From: Candidatus Limnocylindrales bacterium
GTDB taxonomy: Bacteria > Chloroflexota > Limnocylindria > Limnocylindrales > CSP1-4
Direction of reading: 5' to 3'
DNA length: 56,660 nucleotides
Assembly (NCBI GenBank): GCA_038329515.1
Contig: JBBQNA010000002.1
Span: 1-56,660, forward strand
A program made the translations under genes and the position numbers. Positions 27,594-36,328 of the stretch are shown in pieces (position 1 is the stretch's first letter; each line of letters starts with the position of its first letter). The notes under the pieces are model-generated. The model was not told the DNA's origin, made no database searches, and saw only the letters and a list, made by a program, of their open reading frames with translations.

Positions 27594-29099
27594 CACGCGG
27601 TCACGCCCGCGCCGCTTCGCCCGATACAGCGCCTGGTCGGCACGTCCGATCACGACACTGACCTCCTCATCCTCGTCCGCGATGGCCACTCCGACCGACA
27701 CCGTCACGGGCGTCTCGAGACCCAGTCGGGCGATCGACAGACCCGCCACCGCCGCACGTACCCGCTCGGCAGCCTCGCTCGCCTGGGGCGCCGACGCCCG
27801 GCGCAGCATCACGGCGAACTCCTCGCCACCATACCGGACCGGGGTGTCCTCGGCCCGCAGGGTCATCGCGATGGCGGTCGCGACCGCCTTGAGCACCACA
27901 TCGCCCTGGGCATGCCCGTAGCGATCGTTGAGGCGCTTGAAGTGGTCGATGTCGATCATCATGATGCCCAGGCTATCGGTGTCCCGGCGACGGGGACCCA
28001 TGATGGCCAGCAGCTCATCGAAATAGCGCCGGTTGGGCAGCCCGGTCAGGGCATCCAGGTTGGCGCCACGCTCCGCGTCCTCCAGCAGATAGGCCCGCGA
28101 GAACGCAGCTGCTACCTCCTGGGCTGCCCAGTCCAGCAGCCGTCGTTCCGGGTCCGCCCACGGTTCGCGCGTGCGGCGCGAGAGCATCAGTGCGCCGAGG
28201 AAACGGCGATCGGCCACCAGGGGCGCGGTCAGCGTGTACGACAGTCCATACGCCGCGCGGACCCGGCGCGCGATCTCCTCCGCAGCTTCGCGTGCGGGCG
28301 CCTCGGCAGCTTCGCGCGCGGGCGCCTCGGCAGCTTCGCGTGCGGGCGCCTCGGCCGCGGTCGGCGAATCGGCTGCTGTCGCTGGGCCTGGTGCCGCAAC
28401 AGCGTCCGTGACGCTGTCCGTGGACAGCTCCGGCACCTCCGGCCGCAGCCACGTCCGGGATGGCTCCACGCTGGCGCGAGCCGTGACCAGGGTCACCTCC
28501 ACGACGTGGTCCGGACGACTCACGCGGGCCACGACCACGTGATCGGCACCTGACGTCGAGCGCAGCTCGGCCACGATCGCCTCCACGACCGCCTCGGGAG
28601 ACATGGAGCGTGACAACCCCTGGAGGATGCGGGTCATGCCCAGCTCCCGCGAATGGCGCCGGTCAGCGAGCATCGCCGTCAACCGGTCGTGGATGAGGAG
28701 CCCGGTGCCGAGGACCATCACCAGTGCTGCGTCCAGGACGTCCACCCAGGTCACCGAGCCGTCGAGCAGCGTCGCCGCGACCGACAGGGCCAGCAGCGCC
28801 ACTGCACCCGCGATGACGAGGCGAACCACCTCCAGGCGGCCATTGACATGCTCGTCGGTCTCCAGCACCTCGGCCGCCGGGCCGCCCGCGAGGGGTGCTG
28901 GCAGTGTCGTGTCTGACTCGTCAAGCACGACCCGAGGATGGCACACGTTGCCCACCCATGACGCCGACGATGGTCCCGACACGCACCGTCCGGTCGACTG
29001 ACCGACGGGCGCGCGCCGGGTCGCCTCGAGCCACTCGGTGTCGATCGACGGGCGTACACTGCGGCCGACGTCCCCGAACGCACGGCTATCGCCGGTCAC
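27582..29099 (-). CDS. diguanylate cyclase (TM segment, GAF-like region, GGDEF domain)
   Basis: ...LTGLPNRRYFDELL...MIDIDHFKRLNDRYGHAQGDVVLK...VRYGGEEFAVML...ADQALYRAKRRGRDRV. The N-terminal start is uncertain. Confidence 0.85.
   Translation of the reverse strand: MTGDSRAFGDVGRSVRPSIDTEWLEATRRAPVGQSTGRCVSGPSSASWVGNVCHPRVVLDESDTTLPAPLAGGPAAEVLETDEHVNGRLEVVRLVIAGAVALLALSVAATLLDGSVTWVDVLDAALVMVLGTGLLIHDRLTAMLADRRHSRELGMTRILQGLSRSMSPEAVVEAIVAELRSTSGADHVVVARVSRPDHVVEVTLVTARASVEPSRTWLRPEVPELSTDSVTDAVAAPGPATAADSPTAAEAPAREAAEAPAREAAEAPAREAAEEIARRVRAAYGLSYTLTAPLVADRRFLGALMLSRRTREPWADPERRLLDWAAQEVAAAFSRAYLLEDAERGANLDALTGLPNRRYFDELLAIMGPRRRDTDSLGIMMIDIDHFKRLNDRYGHAQGDVVLKAVATAIAMTLRAEDTPVRYGGEEFAVMLRRASAPQASEAAERVRAAVAGLSIARLGLETPVTVSVGVAIADEDEEVSVVIGRADQALYRAKRRGRDRVELA
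28283..28354. repeat. 24-bp in-frame tandem repeat x3 inside the GGDEF gene
   Basis: cagcttcgcg(t/c)gcgggcgcctcgg x3 encodes AEAPAREA AEAPAREA AEAPAREA. Confidence 0.9.
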
Positions 29100-29214
29100 A
29101 GCGGGCCCCGGATGTCAGCGGAACACGCGGTCGGAGGGGTCTTCCCCGGGGCAGACCCCTGTACACGTGGCGCCCCGGGCGTCGCGAACCTGATAGCGGC
29201 CCTTCCCGTTCCGC

Positions 29215-29659
29215 GTGGACCAACGTTATCGCCTTCTGCATCGTGCTCGCGACTCGGCCGCGCTGTTCGGCAGTGGCCTATTCGGCGCCGGCATGCTCGC
29301 GGCCGTGATCATGCCGGTGAGCACCGCGTTCGTCATCTGCGAGGCGTTCGGCTGGGAGTCGGGTGTCGGCAAGCCCGTCCGTGAAGCGCCCGCGTTCTTT
29401 GGCCTGTTCACGTTCGTGCTGCTGTTCGGGGCGGCGGTGACGCTCATCCCGGGCCTCGACCTCATCGCGGTCATCGTCGGCAGCCAGTATCTCTAGGGCC
29501 TGCTGCTGCCCGTGGTCCTTGGTATTCATCCTGGTGCTCGTCAACGACCGACGGACGATGGGTGCCCATGCCAACGGCCGGATGCTCAATATCCTGGGCA
29601 TCGCCAGCGTCGGGCTGGTCATCATCCTGGACGTGGCAATGCTGGGCAGCAGTCTCTGA
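29215..29659 (+). pseudogene. mntH: Nramp/MntH divalent-metal transporter C-terminal remnant (in-frame TAG plus frameshift; N-terminal ~2/3 missing)
   Basis: ...ALFGSGLFGAGMLAAVIMPVSTAFVICEAFGWESGVGKPVREAPAFFGLFTFVLLFGAAVTLIPGLDLIAVIVGSQYL, then TAG, then GLLLPVVL. A frame change follows into ...VFILVLVNDRRTMGAHANGRMLNILGIASVGLVIILDVAMLGSSL*, with the TGA at 29657..29659. Confidence 0.62.
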
Positions 29660-29762
29660 CCGCCCTAGGCATCCAGCTCGGCTGAGGCAGCAGGTTGGGG
29701 GCCGGCCCCGAGCGCGGCACGAAGCCCTGATCGCGCCAGCCGACGGACGTATCGTCGTGACA

Positions 29763-29793
29763 GGTCAGGCGGACACGTGCGCGGTCCGCCTGA
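29763..29793. terminator. 11-bp stem hairpin in the gene-less spacer
   Basis: gtcaggcggac - 9 nt - gtccgcctgac. Confidence 0.3.
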
Positions 29794-30023
29794 CGGATGT
29801 CACCCGCGTTGGCCATCGAGCACTCCAACCGAACCAGTCGTGTGGAGGCTGAAAGAGCCGATGACGGGTGGCGGCAGCGCTCGATCGAGACGTTCCCCGG
29901 CCGTCCCAGTCGCCGGGCGACTCGGGTGACCGATGGCGGCCATCCGATCGGCCCGAATCGGGTCGTCGTCGGCTTGCTCAGTCGTGGGGCGACTGGGTCC
30001 GTCTGCGACTCGCGTACCCCGCC

Positions 30024-30074
30024 GGCTGACGACACTCCGCGGCTGACGACACTCCGCGGCTGACGACACTCCGC
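30024..30074. repeat. 17-bp tandem repeat x3 immediately 3' of fabG
   Basis: ggctgacgacactccgc occurs three times, head to tail. Confidence 0.92.
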
Positions 30075-30083
30075 TGGGCGGAG

Positions 30084-30833
30084 CTACATCATCACCAGGC
30101 CGCCGTCGACGGCAAGCACCTGTCCCGTGATGTACGCCGCCTCGTCCGAGGCGAGGAACGCGACCGCGCTGGCGATCTCCGTCGTCTCGCCGAAACGGCC
30201 CAGGGGCGTGCGCTTGATGAGCTCGTCCTTGAGGTCCTGGGGCAGGTCCTGGGTCAGCTCCGTGACCACGAACCCGGGCGCCACGGCATTGACCGTGATA
30301 CCCCGGCTGGCCAGCTCGCGGGCGGTCGCCTTGGTCAGGCCGATGAGCCCCGCCTTCGCTGCGGAGTAGTTCGCCTGGCCCATCTGGCCGGCCTGCCCGG
30401 ACACGCTGGTGATGTTGATGATGCGACCGCTGCGCGCCCGGAGCATCGGCCGGGTGACCGCCTTGGTGGCGTAGAACGCGCCCGAAAGATTGGTGTCGAT
30501 GACCTCGCGCCAGGCATCGAAGCTCATGCGCATGATCAGGTCATCCCGCGTGATGCCCGCGTTGTTGACCAGGATGTCCACCTTGCCCAGGAACTCCAGC
30601 GCCTCCCGGATGAGCGCGTCGGCCGACTCCGGCTGCGCGACGTCCGCCTGGATGGCCAATGCCTGACGACCGAAGGCCGCGATCTCGGCCTGGGTCGAAT
30701 GCGCGGCTTCGGTGTTGCCCTTGAAGCTGAACGCGACATCGGCCCCCTGCTCCGCCAGGCGCAGCGCGATGGCGCGCCCGATACCCCGTGAGCCGCCGGT
30801 CACCACGGCACTCTTGCCGGTCAGGTCGATCAT
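30084..30833 (-). CDS. fabG: 3-oxoacyl-[ACP] reductase FabG
   Basis: SDR: VTGGSRGIGRAIA, NNAG, and the YSAAK catalytic motif. ATGA overlap with the fabH stop. Confidence 0.9.
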   Translation of the reverse strand: MIDLTGKSAVVTGGSRGIGRAIALRLAEQGADVAFSFKGNTEAAHSTQAEIAAFGRQALAIQADVAQPESADALIREALEFLGKVDILVNNAGITRDDLIMRMSFDAWREVIDTNLSGAFYATKAVTRPMLRARSGRIINITSVSGQAGQMGQANYSAAKAGLIGLTKATARELASRGITVNAVAPGFVVTELTQDLPQDLKDELIKRTPLGRFGETTEIASAVAFLASDEAAYITGQVLAVDGGLVMM

Positions 30834-31969
30834 GCGGGCACCTCTGTCCTCTGCTTGTCGGCCAGCACGGCCGCCAGCCGTGGCGGCACGGGATCCCCGG
30901 CGTCCCAGTCGATGGGCTGATGGATGGACGCGACGGGCAGGATGTCGTCCGCGCGACGACCGCAGGCCGGATCAGCGGTCCAGGTGACCGCCGCCGCGCC
31001 GCTCGTGAAGCCGGCGCCAAACGCGACGAACACGACCTTGTCGCCGGGCCGGAGCCGCCCTGACTCGACCGCCTCGGAGAGGGCGATGGGCACCGACGCG
31101 GCCGAGGTGTTGCCGTACTTGTCGAGGTCGATGAAGAACCTGTCCATGGGGATACCCAGGCTCTTGGCCACGGACTCGATGATCCGGAGATTCGCCTGGT
31201 GAGGCACGATCAGATCGACCTGGTCGGGGGTCCAGCCGGCCCGCTCGACGGCCTTGAGCGCGGAGGCCGCGATGGTGCGCGTGGCGTAGCGGTACGTCTC
31301 GCGGCCATCCATCCGCAGGTAGTGCTCGCCATCCGCGACGGTCGCCGCGGAGGTCGGTCGTCGGGCGCCACCGGCCGGGATCCAGATCCCCCACGCGCCA
31401 CTGGGGTCGGCCGTCAGCTCCAGGCCACGCAGACCACCGCCCTCCTGGTCGCTGGCGGACAGTACGACCGCGCCGGCACCGTCCCCGAACAGGACGCAGG
31501 TGTTGCGGTCATCGAAGTCCAGGATGCGCGTGAGCAGCTCCGAGCCGATGACCAGCGCGTTGCGGGCCATGCCGCTCTGCACATACGCATGGGCCGTGGC
31601 ATAGCCGTACACGAAGCCGGAGCATGCCGCCCCGATATCGAACGCCGCCGCCGCGTGGTTGCCGATGGCCTCCTTGACGAGGACGGCGGTGGCCGGCGTC
31701 AAGTGGTCGGGCGTGAGCGTGGCGAGCACGATGAGGTCGATGTCGTCTGGCTGCAGGCCGGCCACGGCGATGGCCCGCTTGCCGGCGATGGCGCCCATCG
31801 TGGCGGTCGTCTCGTTGGGCCCTGCGACCCGTCGCTCGCGAATGCCGGTCCGGCTCTGGATCCACTCGTCTGAGGTGTCCACGAGCCGGGCCATGTCCGC
31901 GTTCGTGAGCACCGTCTCCGGCGCGTAGGAGCCCCAGCCGGTGATGCGCGCGCTGCGGGGCAGTGTCAC
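30830..31969 (-). CDS. fabH: beta-ketoacyl-[ACP] synthase III FabH with a ~50-aa C-terminal extension
   Basis: ...ITGWGSYAPETVLTNADMARLVDTSDEWIQSRTGIRERR..., the active-site ...GAACSGFVYG..., and ...HQANLRII.... A GTG start lies in a GTGA overlap with the accB stop. Confidence 0.9.
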   Translation of the reverse strand: MTLPRSARITGWGSYAPETVLTNADMARLVDTSDEWIQSRTGIRERRVAGPNETTATMGAIAGKRAIAVAGLQPDDIDLIVLATLTPDHLTPATAVLVKEAIGNHAAAAFDIGAACSGFVYGYATAHAYVQSGMARNALVIGSELLTRILDFDDRNTCVLFGDGAGAVVLSASDQEGGGLRGLELTADPSGAWGIWIPAGGARRPTSAATVADGEHYLRMDGRETYRYATRTIAASALKAVERAGWTPDQVDLIVPHQANLRIIESVAKSLGIPMDRFFIDLDKYGNTSAASVPIALSEAVESGRLRPGDKVVFVAFGAGFTSGAAAVTWTADPACGRRADDILPVASIHQPIDWDAGDPVPPRLAAVLADKQRTEVPA

Positions 31970-32451
31970 GTGGGTTCGACCTCGATGAGGACCTGCTTGG
32001 TCTTGACCAGTGCGCCACTCTCGGCTGCGATCCGTCGGACCACCCCGGTGACGTCGCTCTTGATCTCGTTGAACAGCTTCATGGCCTCCAGCAGACCGAT
32101 GACCTGACCCGCATTCACCTCGCCCCCGACCCGGACGTAGTCCGCGGCACCCGGTGACGGCGAGCGATAGAAGACACCTGTGAGCGGTGCCACGATCGAC
32201 CGAAACGTGGACTCGGCCACGATGGGCGAGGCCGGCCCGGTGGCTGCTACCGGGGCATTGGGTGCCAACGGGATGCTGACCGCGCCGGTACCCATGGCGG
32301 CGAACGCACTCGGGGCGCGCAACGTCAGTGTGGTGTCACCCGCCTCGATCTGGATCTCCGCCAGCCCGCCGCGAACGATGAGCGGCTCCAGCCGGTCGAT
32401 GAGCGCGATGAGCTCGGTGACGTCCGCCTGATCGGGCGGATGGTCGGCCAT
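31966..32451 (-). CDS. accB: biotin carboxyl carrier protein (canonical, with biotinyl-lysine)
   Basis: ...APLTGVFYRSPSPGAADYVRVGGEVNAGQVIGLLEAMKLFNEIKSDVTGVV... . It carries the EAMK motif. Confidence 0.9.
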   Translation of the reverse strand: MADHPPDQADVTELIALIDRLEPLIVRGGLAEIQIEAGDTTLTLRAPSAFAAMGTGAVSIPLAPNAPVAATGPASPIVAESTFRSIVAPLTGVFYRSPSPGAADYVRVGGEVNAGQVIGLLEAMKLFNEIKSDVTGVVRRIAAESGALVKTKQVLIEVEPT

Positions 32452-33707
32452 CAGGCGTCCCAGCGCCGCAGCACGAGTGCGGAGTTCTGGCCACCGAAGC
32501 CGAACGCGTTGACGAGTGCCACCCGGACATCACGTGCGCGTGACACGAGCGGCGTCAGGTCCATGTCGCCGACACCCGGCTCGGGGTCCGTGAGGTTGAT
32601 GGTCGGCGGCACCTGGCCATGCAGCATCGACTGGATGACCGCGACAGCAGCGTGTGCGCCGGCGGCCCCGATGGTATGCCCGATGGCGCCCTTGATCGCC
32701 GTCACGGACACCTGCGGCGCGCGATCGCCCAGCAGCGACCGGATGGCGGCCAACTCCTCCATGTCGCCCGCCGGGGTGCTGGTGGCATGTGCCGCCACGA
32801 GATCCGTCTCCGACGGGTCCAGGCCAGACTTGGCGAACGCCCGACGCGCTGCGCGCAGCGCTCCGGCGCCACCTGGTGCGGGCGACGTGATGTGGCTGGC
32901 ATCCGCGGACGCGGCATATCCGCAGACCTCGGCCAGGATGCGTGCCCCACGCGCCTCCGCATGCGCCAGCTCCTCCAGGACGAGCATCGCGGCACCCTCG
33001 GCCAGCACGAAGCCATCGCGGCCGGTGTCGTACGGTCGACTGGCACCGGCCGGGTCATCGTTGCGGGTCGACAGCGCACGCATCGCGGCGAAGCCGGCGA
33101 TGGTCGCCTCGTAGACGCACGCCTCCGAGCCGCCCGCGAACATCACCTCGGCATCGCCCCGCAGGATCATCTCGGTCGCCTCGCCGATGGCGTGGCCAGC
33201 ACTCGCGCAGGCGCTCGTGGTCGAGAAGTTGGGACCCATCGCGCCGTAGCTGATGGCCGCCTGACCGGCGGCCATGTTGGCGATGGCCATGGGGATGAAG
33301 AAGGGACTGACCCGATCCGGCCCACGGTCGGCGTTGAGCACGATCTGCTCGATGAGGGTGCCCGTACCGCCCAGCCCGGAGCCGATGATGATGCCGGTGT
33401 GGAGCGCCTGCTCCCCTTCCAGACGTGCCGGCAGTCCTGCGTCATCCATGGCCTGGCGGGTCGCCACGAGCGCCATCTGGGTCGTCCGGTCGTTGCGCCG
33501 GATCTCCTTGCGGTCCAGCACCAGGGTCGGGTCGAAGTCCGGCACCTCGCCCGCGAACGTGCAGGCGACCCGGGATGGGTCGAAGGAGGTGATGGTCCGG
33601 ACGCCGGATCCGCCTGCGACGAGTCCCGCCCAGAACGCATCCACCGTGGAGCCCAGGGGCGTGACTGCACCGAGGCCGGTCACGACCACGCGTCGCGGCT
33701 GGCTCAT
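32451..33707 (-). CDS. fabF: beta-ketoacyl-[ACP] synthase II FabF
   Basis: ...VVVTGLGAVTPLG..., the active-site ...TTSACASAGHAIG..., ...HATSTPAGD... and ...KGAIGHTIGAAG...NAFGFGGQN. Confidence 0.92.
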   Translation of the reverse strand: MSQPRRVVVTGLGAVTPLGSTVDAFWAGLVAGGSGVRTITSFDPSRVACTFAGEVPDFDPTLVLDRKEIRRNDRTTQMALVATRQAMDDAGLPARLEGEQALHTGIIIGSGLGGTGTLIEQIVLNADRGPDRVSPFFIPMAIANMAAGQAAISYGAMGPNFSTTSACASAGHAIGEATEMILRGDAEVMFAGGSEACVYEATIAGFAAMRALSTRNDDPAGASRPYDTGRDGFVLAEGAAMLVLEELAHAEARGARILAEVCGYAASADASHITSPAPGGAGALRAARRAFAKSGLDPSETDLVAAHATSTPAGDMEELAAIRSLLGDRAPQVSVTAIKGAIGHTIGAAGAHAAVAVIQSMLHGQVPPTINLTDPEPGVGDMDLTPLVSRARDVRVALVNAFGFGGQNSALVLRRWDA

Positions 33708-34450
33708 CGCACGAACCTCCCCGTACGGATGGTGGCGGCACGGTAGACATCACCGACCAGGCCGCGGGCACTCACCTCGTCGGCCACTCGCTGCGCATCG
33801 TAGGTGGTCCGGAACAACTCGGCAGTGGGCTGCTCACCCTCGGCCAGCGTGACCAGCGCCCATCCCGCCGCCGGGTCGCCGTCCATGGCGTAGCCGCAGG
33901 CGCCCGGGTTGACGATGAGCTTTCGACCCAGCTCCCGGACGTCGGCGACGTGGGTGTGCCCGACACACAGCACCCGGGCGTCACTGCGCGTGACACGCTG
34001 GACCGTGGTCGCCGGATCCAGGTCCGCCGACAGGCCAGCGGTCTGGCTACCGGGGGATGCGTGCGTCAGCAGCACCAGCAGGTCGTCCGACCAGAGGCGC
34101 CGTTCCGCGGGCAATCGACGGAGCCATTCCAGCTCGACATCGGACAGCTGGTCACGTGCCCACTCGGCCGCGGCGACGTGGCCCGCCGGGACCTCGTCCA
34201 GCCACGGGAACGCGGCGGCGTAGTCACCGTCGGCGACCGCGATATCGGTATTGCCCGCAACGATGAACGCGCCCGCCTTCTCCAGGTCCATCAGCCGCTG
34301 GATGGTCTCTGACGGACGCGGACCGTGGAGCACCAGGTCGCCCGTGATGAACAGCCGGTCGGGTCGGTGCTCCGCGATATCCACGAGGGCAGCCTCCAGG
34401 GCGGCCACGTTGCCGTGGATATCACCGAGCACAGAGATCCGAAGTCCCAT
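33704..34450 (-). CDS. metallophosphoesterase family protein (YfcE/MJ0936-like)
   Basis: ...ISVLGDIHGN..., ...ITGDLVLHG..., ...GNTD..., ...CVGHTHV.... The start shares 1 nt with the fabZ stop, and the stop overlaps the fabF ATG by 4 nt. Confidence 0.8.
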   Translation of the reverse strand: MGLRISVLGDIHGNVAALEAALVDIAEHRPDRLFITGDLVLHGPRPSETIQRLMDLEKAGAFIVAGNTDIAVADGDYAAAFPWLDEVPAGHVAAAEWARDQLSDVELEWLRRLPAERRLWSDDLLVLLTHASPGSQTAGLSADLDPATTVQRVTRSDARVLCVGHTHVADVRELGRKLIVNPGACGYAMDGDPAAGWALVTLAEGEQPTAELFRTTYDAQRVADEVSARGLVGDVYRAATIRTGRFVR

Positions 34451-34935
34451 CAGCGAAGCGCTCCTTCAGGCGGGATGATGAATGACAGCAGGCCCTCACA
34501 GGCAACCTCGCCGTCGACGCTGGCCACTGCCCGGCCCTTGCCAAAGCGCCGGCCCAGCTTTTCCATGGTGATCTCGAGGGTCAGCCGGTCACCCGGCTGG
34601 ACGATGCGCTTGAAGCGGACCTCATCGATGGCTGCGAACAACCCGATCCGGTCGCCGAAGCCATCCTGGCGGGCCACGTAGACCGCCATCGTCTGGGCCA
34701 GTGCCTCCACCTGGAGCACGCCGGGCATCACGGGCAGTTCCGGGAAGTGCCCCTGGAAGAACCACTCGCTGGCGGTCACGCCCTTCTCGCCCCGGATGTA
34801 GCCCCGCTCGCGGTCCTCCGCAACGATGCGGTCGACGAGCAAGAACGGCCAGCGATGCGGGATGAGCTGCTGGATCTGGGCAGCGGTCAGCAGCACGCTT
34901 GGTGCAGCAGCGGTGGCCGGTGGGGTGTCGGTCAT
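34450..34935 (-). CDS. fabZ: 3-hydroxyacyl-[ACP] dehydratase FabZ
   Basis: ...IQQLIPHRWPFLLVDRI...GEKGVTASEWFFQGHFPELPVMPGVLQVEALAQ... hotdog-fold signature. Confidence 0.92.
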   Translation of the reverse strand: MTDTPPATAAAPSVLLTAAQIQQLIPHRWPFLLVDRIVAEDRERGYIRGEKGVTASEWFFQGHFPELPVMPGVLQVEALAQTMAVYVARQDGFGDRIGLFAAIDEVRFKRIVQPGDRLTLEITMEKLGRRFGKGRAVASVDGEVACEGLLSFIIPPEGALR

Positions 34936-34960
34936 GGCGTCCCTCGGGTGCCCATCGGTG

Positions 34961-36328
34961 TCAGCGGCCTGCCGCGGCCAGGAACGCGGCGCTGCCGACC
35001 CGGTCGAGCAGGTTGGTGGTGAACACGCCGTCCACGAACGGCTTGCTGTCGATGACTGCCCGGTGGAATGCGGTGTTGGTCACGATGCCCTCAACGATCA
35101 GCTCGTCCAGGGCGACCCGGGCCCGCTCGATGGCCGTGGTCCGGTCCTCGCCCCACACGATGAGCTTGCCCAGCAGCGAGTCGTAGAACGGTGGCACCTC
35201 GTAGCCACCATACAGGTGGGAGTCCATGCGCACGCCCGGGCCGCCGGGCGCGAGGTATCGCTCCACGGTGCCGGCTCCCGGCCGGAAGTCGTGACGGACG
35301 TCCTCGGCGTTGATGCGGAACTCGATGGCGTGGCCACGCAGCTGGACGTCCGACTGGCCGTAGCCGAGCGGCTCCCCTGCCGCGATGCGGATCTGCTCCA
35401 CGACCAGGTCGATGCCCGAGAGCATCTCCGTGACGGGGTGCTCCACCTGGATACGGCAGTTGATCTCGATGAAGTAGAACGCACCAGTGCTGTCGACGAG
35501 GAACTCCAGGGTGCCCAGGTTCTCGTAGCCGGCGGCGACCACGGCACGCAGCGCCTGTTCGGCCAGGGCGAGACGGGCGGCAGGGGCGAGTGCCGGGCTG
35601 GGTGCCTCTTCCACGATCTTCTGGTGGCGTCGCTGGACGGAACAGTCGCGCTCCCCGACATGGACGCCATTGCCGTAGCGGTCGACGATGACCTGGACCT
35701 CCACGTGGCGGTTGTCCTCCAGCCACTTCTCGAGGTACAGCGAGTCGTCGCCAAAGGCGGCGCGCGCCTCTGAGCGACAGATGGTGATGGCCTGCTGCAG
35801 CTCGCGCGGGGTACGCACCATGCGCATGCCCCGGCCACCACCACCGGCCGATGGCTTGATGAGCACCGGATAGCCGATGCGCTGCGCCTCCTCCAGGGCG
35901 TGGTCGTCGTCCCGCAACATGCCCACGGATCCCGGGATGGTGGGCAGGCCGTGAGCGCCCAGCAGTTGTCGGGTGCCCGCCTTGGACGCGAATCGCTCCA
36001 GCACCTCGGGCGGCGGCCCGATGAAGGTCAGGCCGTGGGCGCGGGTCATCTCCGCGAACGCATCGTCCTCGGACAGGAAGCCGTATCCGGGATGGATCGC
36101 CTCGCATCCCGTGACCACCGCCGCCGACAGGATCGACGCTGCGGACAGGTAGCTCCGGCTGGACTCGGCCGGCCCGACGCAGATGGCCTCGTCGGCAAGC
36201 TGCACGGCGCGCGAGTCGCGGTCCGCCTCGCTGTACGCAACGACCGCGGAGATACCCATCCGACGGCAGGCACGCAGTACGCGGAGCGCGATCTCGCCCC
36301 GGTTGGCGATGAGGATGCGCTGGAACAT
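34961..36328 (-). CDS. accC: acetyl-CoA carboxylase biotin carboxylase subunit
   Basis: MFQRILIANRGEIALRVLRACR..., ...GGGGRGMRMV..., ...EINCRIQVEHPVTE.... Confidence 0.95.
   Translation of the reverse strand: MFQRILIANRGEIALRVLRACRRMGISAVVAYSEADRDSRAVQLADEAICVGPAESSRSYLSAASILSAAVVTGCEAIHPGYGFLSEDDAFAEMTRAHGLTFIGPPPEVLERFASKAGTRQLLGAHGLPTIPGSVGMLRDDDHALEEAQRIGYPVLIKPSAGGGGRGMRMVRTPRELQQAITICRSEARAAFGDDSLYLEKWLEDNRHVEVQVIVDRYGNGVHVGERDCSVQRRHQKIVEEAPSPALAPAARLALAEQALRAVVAAGYENLGTLEFLVDSTGAFYFIEINCRIQVEHPVTEMLSGIDLVVEQIRIAAGEPLGYGQSDVQLRGHAIEFRINAEDVRHDFRPGAGTVERYLAPGGPGVRMDSHLYGGYEVPPFYDSLLGKLIVWGEDRTTAIERARVALDELIVEGIVTNTAFHRAVIDSKPFVDGVFTTNLLDRVGSAAFLAAAGR

Noticed and set aside
29622-30063. 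ORFs 29622..30035(-) and 29797..30063(+) in the spacer between the Nramp remnant and fabG.
   Set aside because: I see no family signal, the composition is atypical, and the two ORFs overlap each other. The region contains a hairpin and a 17-bp minisatellite, so I treat it as non-coding.
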